64,000 nucleotides of DNA from Gemmatimonadota bacterium (lineage in GTDB: Bacteria > Gemmatimonadota > Gemmatimonadetes > Gemmatimonadales > Gemmatimonadaceae), in assembly GCA_040389905.1 (NCBI GenBank), contig JAZJZK010000009.1, positions 1 to 64,000 of the forward strand, read 5' to 3'. Under the pieces are notes generated by a model, which worked only from the letters and a program-made list of their open reading frames with translations, made no database searches and had not been told where the DNA came from. The translations under genes were made by a program, and so were the position numbers. Positions 59,379 to 64,000 of this stretch are shown piece by piece; the stretch's first letter is position 1, and the number at the start of each line of letters is the position of its first letter.

Positions 59379-59996
59379 CTACCGGCGAAAGCCTCCGCCA
59401 AATGCCCGGCCTTGCGGCACGAGCGGCATCGCGAGGTTGGGGCGCCCGATCTCCTGTGGAGTCGTATGCGTGTCCGTGCGTGGATCGCATTTCTCGTTTC
59501 CCGTTCGTCCGCCGCGAATGACGACACTGAAGGGTGGTGTGAGCGACACCGGATCACGAGGCATCTCACCGGCGTGATCGATCATGGCCATCTGCTGGAG
59601 ATCCGGTCTCGCACTCGCGCTCGACGGTGCCTCGGCTGGTGCCTTCATCGCGACAACGAGAGTTGCATCTTCGGCTCGCGCGTCAGACGCGAGCACGGTC
59701 GGTGGCTTTACGGCCAGAGCGCTGTACGGATCGTGGGCCGGGATGGCCTCGGGCATTACCATGCTGTGCGTCGCCACAGTGCGGAGCGGAGTGCCGCCGC
59801 TTCTGGGCTTCGCTCGCTCGATGTCGGATACGAAGCGCATCCGCTGGGCGCTCTGCGGTGCCGGAGTCAACTCGGCGTACGATGGTGTCGTTGTTGCCGC
59901 TTTCGCGGAGGTGCCGGCGATTCCATCTTCGCTGCGGCTGCACGCCGCGAGCAGGAGAGGAAGTGAGAGCATGCCGAGCTTGATGTCGGTCCGCAT
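59379..59996 (-). CDS. Hypothetical lipoprotein
   Basis: GGAG RBS, MRTDIKLGMLSLPLLLAA-C lipobox; followed by the terminator. Confidence 0.65.
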   Translation of the reverse strand: MRTDIKLGMLSLPLLLAACSRSEDGIAGTSAKAATTTPSYAELTPAPQSAQRMRFVSDIERAKPRSGGTPLRTVATHSMVMPEAIPAHDPYSALAVKPPTVLASDARAEDATLVVAMKAPAEAPSSASARPDLQQMAMIDHAGEMPRDPVSLTPPFSVVIRGGRTGNEKCDPRTDTHTTPQEIGRPNLAMPLVPQGRAFGGGFRR

Positions 59997-60094
59997 ACGA
60001 ATCTCCGGAGTGTGGAACCAGCGTCGCAGCCGATGCGAGTATACAATTATGCGTACACATTTCGAGATGCGCAATACCCCGTTCCAGCCTACCG

Positions 60095-60613
60095 ATGCCA
60101 ACCGCTTCCAGGGCTTTCCGAACGCTTGTGGTCGTGCTCACGCTTTCCGCGGCGATTGGGTGTCGGGAGACGCCGCCGAGCATCACGACCGAGCAGCGCG
60201 CGGCGATCGCCGACACGTTGAAGAATCTGATCGTGAACGCCTACGATCTGACCACCCCGGGTGACGCGGTGGCTCGCCTGATGAGCCTCTATCCGACGAG
60301 TGGCGCCGTGATCTCCGCGAGTGGCGGCATCGTGAGCACTTCGCGGGATACGCTGGCGGCGGGTCTTCGCGCCTTCTGGGACAACGTGGGCCGGAACATG
60401 CGCGAGCCGAAGTGGACGTGGGGCGACATGCACGTCGATGTCGTCGGACCCGACGCGGCAGTCCTTACGACGACCTACCGCGTACCACACCTGACGCCCC
60501 GAGGCGAACCGCACGTGCTTGCCGGGGCGTGGACTGCCGTGTTCCAGCGTCGCGGCGGGAAGTGGGTGATCATCCAGGAGCATCTTTCGGACTTGCCGCA
60601 GCCGGCGCATTAA
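60095..60613 (+). CDS. NTF2-like (DUF4440/SnoaL) lipoprotein
   Basis: Lipobox AIG-C; VDVVGPDAAV...GAWTAVFQRRGGKWVIIQEHLS. Confidence 0.85.
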   Translation: MPTASRAFRTLVVVLTLSAAIGCRETPPSITTEQRAAIADTLKNLIVNAYDLTTPGDAVARLMSLYPTSGAVISASGGIVSTSRDTLAAGLRAFWDNVGRNMREPKWTWGDMHVDVVGPDAAVLTTTYRVPHLTPRGEPHVLAGAWTAVFQRRGGKWVIIQEHLSDLPQPAH

Positions 60614-60660
60614 GTAGTGTCCGTCCTGAAACGACCATTTCTGGAGCGTATCGCCTCGGA

Positions 60661-60750
60661 TGTCATCCCGAGCGACGTCGAGGGATCAGCACCTTCAGTC
60701 TGGGTTTGACGTGCAGACCCCTCGACTCGCTGCGCTGGCTCGGGGTGACA
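60661..60750. repeat. REP/MITE-like element, two inverted arms
   Basis: TGTCATCCCGAGCGACGTCGAGGGATC ... GACCCCTCGACTCG...CTCGGGGTGACA. Confidence 0.82.
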
Positions 60751-60794
60751 AAGTCTTCACGTCCAGTTCCACGTTCGCACAAGGAGTGACCACG

Positions 60795-61571
60795 ATGAGA
60801 CGTGTTACGCTGTCGACTCTCTGGCTTGTTGCACTCGTGGCGGGATGCTCATCTGCCCCGGCATCGGTCGCGCAGACGCCCGCGCCGGCGATGGCGCGGA
60901 CCGCGCAACAGCTCGCAGCAGACTCCATTGCCCTCGACCGCCTGCGCAATGACTGGGCGGGACTCAGGCGTTACCGCGCGGCGAATGATGCACTGAAGGC
61001 ACCGCGCGCAGACGAGAGCCGCGTCGTGTTCTACGGCAATTCGATCACCGATTCCTGGGCGCAGTTCTTTCCCTCGATGTTTGCCGGCAAGCCCTACGTT
61101 GGCCGGGGCATCAGTGGACAGACGACGCCGCAAATGCTCGTCCGCTTTCACCAGGACGTCATCGCGCTTCAGCCGAAGGTCGTCGTCATTCTCGCCGGCG
61201 TCAACGACATCGCCGGCAACACGGGTCCGTCGACGCAGGAGATGATTCAGGACAACCTGATGGCCATGACGGAGCTCGCGAGGGCGCATCGAATTCGTGT
61301 CGTCCTGTCGTCCGTACTTCCGGCCTTCGACTTTCCGTGGAAGCGCGGCGTGGAGCCGGCGCCAAAAATCATCGCACTCAATGCGTGGCTGAAACGCTAT
61401 GCCGCCGAGGTGGGCGAGACGTATCTCGACTATCACTCGGTGATGGCCGACGAGCGGGCCGGGCTACCGGTGTCGTTGTCTCGAGATGGAGTCCACCCGA
61501 CCGAGGCGGGATATCGGATCATGGCGCCACTCGCGGAGGCGGCCATCGCGAAGGCGTTGGCCCGGCCGTGA
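60795..61571 (+). CDS. SGNH/GDSL hydrolase lipoprotein
   Basis: VVFYGNSITD, RGISGQTT, LAGVND, DGVHP blocks; lipobox VAG-C; AAGGAG RBS. Confidence 0.93.
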   Translation: MRRVTLSTLWLVALVAGCSSAPASVAQTPAPAMARTAQQLAADSIALDRLRNDWAGLRRYRAANDALKAPRADESRVVFYGNSITDSWAQFFPSMFAGKPYVGRGISGQTTPQMLVRFHQDVIALQPKVVVILAGVNDIAGNTGPSTQEMIQDNLMAMTELARAHRIRVVLSSVLPAFDFPWKRGVEPAPKIIALNAWLKRYAAEVGETYLDYHSVMADERAGLPVSLSRDGVHPTEAGYRIMAPLAEAAIAKALARP

Positions 61572-61867
61572 AGCTCGCCGATCCGGCACTGCAGGCGGCA
61601 CGCGGGCTTGCGGAGATCAACGAAACGTTTCGAGCGGAGCTGGCGGAGCACCGCACCCTCGCTGCGGCGCGGCGCAGGAGGCGTGGCGGAGTGGCGGCGT
61701 GGGTGATTCTGGTGGCCGGTTGTTCAATGGCGGGTCTGTGGGCCACGCACAGTCAGCGTGCTGCCGCCATTCGCAGAGACCTGATGGACGGGTTCAACCG
61801 TTCAGCGGTTGAGGCACCTGCGGATCGCTCCGCTCCGTCTCCGCCGACTCAACCGCTTATTCGCTAG
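61568..61867 (+). CDS. Small hypothetical membrane protein
   Basis: GTGA overlap with the SGNH stop; one TM after a basic stretch. Confidence 0.45.
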   Translation: MKLADPALQAARGLAEINETFRAELAEHRTLAAARRRRRGGVAAWVILVAGCSMAGLWATHSQRAAAIRRDLMDGFNRSAVEAPADRSAPSPPTQPLIR

Positions 61868-62660
61868 CCCCGACCCACGGGTCGCGCGATAGCCAGTTCT
61901 CGTCCGGCGCGTAGAGGAACACCATCCCACCCTGGGCGAGCTTCGGGAGCAGTCGCTCTGCGCGTGCTGGTTCCATCGCGGGGCATCCCTCGCTTCGGCC
62001 CGCTTTGCTCGCTGTGACGTAGGGTGCACCGTGCGCGACGACACGTCGTGCGGCGGCGTTGTCATTGAAGCCGCTCGAAACGCCCTCGAGCCGCAGTCCC
62101 ATGGCGCTGTAGGCGCGGCCACCGGTGTGCCCGTGGAACGCATACGTCGCCTGCGCGACGTAGAGACCCAACGACGTCGCATAGCTGTTCGGCGCGTTCG
62201 AGAAGCGCGTCGGAAGGCCGTATTGCGATGTCGAGGATCCGCGTCCGTGCGCCACGGTGAACGGGCCGTCGACGACCGTGAGGTTTTGCATGTCGAACAC
62301 GTATCCGCGCGGTTCGGTGCTCGGCAGGCCGTAATCGACGAAATAGAGGTAAGGCTTACGGACGTCAGTCGGGTGTGCTGATTTGTACGCGAAATACCCG
62401 CGGAAACCTGCCTCGAGTGCCTCGGGGCGGCTCAGTTTGCGAACACTTCCGGAGAAGGCGGCCAAAGCCGTCTGCGTAACCGATGTAACGGTAGAGGCCG
62501 CTCCACTCGCCGTATCTGCCGTGCTCGGTTGACTGACGAACTCGACCGCGGCGTTCAATACGGGGCCATTTGCCTGATTGCCGGGAACAAACTGTGCACC
62601 AGCGAACAGCAGCGCACTCGCGCCGACAAGGACGTTCTGCAAGTACCGGGGAGGTCTCAC
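61857..62660 (-). CDS. Murein L,D-transpeptidase catalytic domain protein (YkuD_2-like)
   Basis: VDYGLPS..PRGYVFD, VAHGRGS, FSN..NS..TSLG, VAHGAPY...GRSEGCPA; AGGAG RBS. Confidence 0.88.
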   Translation of the reverse strand: MRPPRYLQNVLVGASALLFAGAQFVPGNQANGPVLNAAVEFVSQPSTADTASGAASTVTSVTQTALAAFSGSVRKLSRPEALEAGFRGYFAYKSAHPTDVRKPYLYFVDYGLPSTEPRGYVFDMQNLTVVDGPFTVAHGRGSSTSQYGLPTRFSNAPNSYATSLGLYVAQATYAFHGHTGGRAYSAMGLRLEGVSSGFNDNAAARRVVAHGAPYVTASKAGRSEGCPAMEPARAERLLPKLAQGGMVFLYAPDENWLSRDPWVGASE

Positions 62661-62844
62661 GGAGTCACTCTCCTGTAGCGGGCGCCGATGGGCGCAAGGC
62701 GGGACGATCCGGAGGGTACAGCCCAGATCGTTGCAACTAACGTAACGCAACCTACGTTACATAATGTAGTCGATTGTTGACCCAATGTGAAGCGGTCGGT
62801 CAAATCCTCGTCGAAGATTGACGGCTTGACAAGGTTATGGAATT

Positions 62845-62873
62845 TGCGCATGGTTTATCACATACCATGCGCA
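62845..62873. promoter_or_regulatory. Inverted-repeat operator upstream of the second TA pair
   Basis: TGCGCATGGT-N9-ACCATGCGCA downstream of TTGACA (62826) and just before the GAGGAG RBS. Confidence 0.6.
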
Positions 62874-62883
62874 TGAGGAGACG

Positions 62884-63129
62884 ATGGCGAAGATCCCAAA
62901 GAACCTATCGCTCGATGCAGAGGATATCGAAATCGGGTTACAGTACGCTGAGCGGAACGGGGTCAGCCTTTCGAAAGTGGTGAGCGAGTTTTTACGCTCC
63001 CTGCCGAACGGGGAGGACGGTGCGTTGGCATCGCCAGCACTGGAGCGACTGATCGGGTCCGCCAAGAAATCCGGCGCAGCTGACGATGGACCTTCGTACC
63101 ACGAGTATCTCGAGCAGAAGTATCGCTGA
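62884..63129 (+). CDS. Antitoxin (DUF6364/RHH-like)
   Basis: KNLSLDAEDIE...YAERNGVSLSKVVSEFL...YLEQKY. Confidence 0.8.
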   Translation: MAKIPKNLSLDAEDIEIGLQYAERNGVSLSKVVSEFLRSLPNGEDGALASPALERLIGSAKKSGAADDGPSYHEYLEQKYR

Positions 63130-63564
63130 GTGACTTCCCGCCGAGTGCCGCGCGTGTTGATCGACATCAACGTGCTGATCGATGTCGTCGAGGAACGCGT
63201 TCCCTGGTACCGCGACTCGGTCGCGCTCCTGGATGCGCTCAGCCGGGGGCGGGGTCAGGGGTTTCTTGCCGGCCACTCGGTTACGACGCTGTACTACCTC
63301 GCGAAGAAATCCAACGGGCACATCGCCGCGTCCACCGTCGTGAGTGACGCATTGGCGCTCGCCACCGTGGTCCCACTCACGAACGCCGACTTTCTGCGCG
63401 CCCTGTCACTGGGATTCAAGGATTTCGAGGACGCGGTGCAGGTGGCGGCCGCCCTTCAAGCGGGCTGCGACTTCATTGCAACGCGAAACACCATTGACTT
63501 CGCCGGCTCTCCGATTCCGGCCTTGATGCCCGGAGTGATCGCGGCTCGGCTCTCGATGGCCTGA
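63130..63564 (+). CDS. PIN-domain toxin
   Basis: VLIDINVLID, TTLYY, KDFEDAVQ, IATRN..DF. Confidence 0.9.
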   Translation: MTSRRVPRVLIDINVLIDVVEERVPWYRDSVALLDALSRGRGQGFLAGHSVTTLYYLAKKSNGHIAASTVVSDALALATVVPLTNADFLRALSLGFKDFEDAVQVAAALQAGCDFIATRNTIDFAGSPIPALMPGVIAARLSMA

Positions 63565-63603
63565 GGTTCGCCCGCCAACGATTTGCACGGTAGCTTCCGC
63601 ACC

Positions 63604-64000
63604 ATGCGCTCTTTCCTGACTACGGTCGTTGTTCTCTCCACTGTCGCGAGCACGGTTATGGACGCGCAGGCGAGCCATACGCGGATTCGGTTGAGCAAGG
63701 GCCTGGTGATCTCGGCATCAGGGCACGTCGCGCCGGGGGTCTACCGGCTCGGCGCCGATACGTCGCTCGCTGCGCAGCTGATCACGATTTCCGGCAACGA
63801 CATCGACGTCGACTTCCGGGGCGCTACGCTCGAAGGCACAGCCCCCACCTCCGAACCCGACGAAGCGGCAGGTGTTGCGATCCTCGTGAACGGCGGACGC
63901 AACGTCACGATTCGCAATGCAACGATTCGCGGCTACAAGATCGCGATTCTCGCGCGTGGCACGCGCAACCTGCGTCTCATCGACAACGACTTGCGCTTCA
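63604..64000 (+). CDS. Secreted right-handed parallel beta-helix protein, 5' part only (runs off the window)
   Basis: My translation: MRSFLTTVVVLSTVASTVMDA|QASH...ITISGNDIDVDFRGATLEG...GVAILVNGGRNVTIRNATIRGYKIAI; no stop before 64000. Confidence 0.75.
   Translation, partial: MRSFLTTVVVLSTVASTVMDAQASHTRIRLSKGLVISASGHVAPGVYRLGADTSLAAQLITISGNDIDVDFRGATLEGTAPTSEPDEAAGVAILVNGGRNVTIRNATIRGYKIAILARGTRNLRLIDNDLRF

Noticed and set aside
62690..62830. Possible riboswitch upstream of the L,D-transpeptidase
   Set aside because: No convincing match by eye to c-di-GMP or c-di-AMP consensus; an Infernal/Rfam scan would be needed

Overview
GC-rich bacterial chromosomal window. Gene content (SprA-like protein beside lptFG/mlaED, pilB-pilT-pilC, a family of GAF histidine kinases) suggests Gemmatimonadota; this is an inference. 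Left end (1-3.7 kb): decayed accessory zone with a compositionally atypical secreted protein, an IS630 remnant, a degenerate duplicate of the 4.4-5.0 kb segment, a 3' fragment of an M24 peptidase and an HTH/nucleotidyltransferase pair. Next come heme A/O synthesis genes (ctaA with a REP-containing tail, cyoE), an APC permease, and an lptF-lptG-mlaE-mlaD operon divergent from sprA, an M28 glutaminyl-cyclase-like lipoprotein and comEA. An 18-kb signalling block (21.9-40.1 kb) holds a Wsp-like chemosensory operon without a GGDEF output, a KaiC-like ATPase with a C-terminal wHTH, and several PAS/GAF kinases. It is followed by a four-helix-bundle gene inside a ~90-bp inverted repeat and by pilB-pilT-pilC. 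The right part has two PIN toxin-antitoxin pairs, nirK with an FGE/NirV-like gene, a CarH-like B12 photoreceptor with a visible 11-bp-repeat operator facing a fasciclin gene, a 909-aa unknown TPR-like protein, an ATPase-nuclease fusion and envelope enzymes. No rRNA, tRNA or CRISPR array was seen. All family calls come from motif recognition by eye; no database searches were run.
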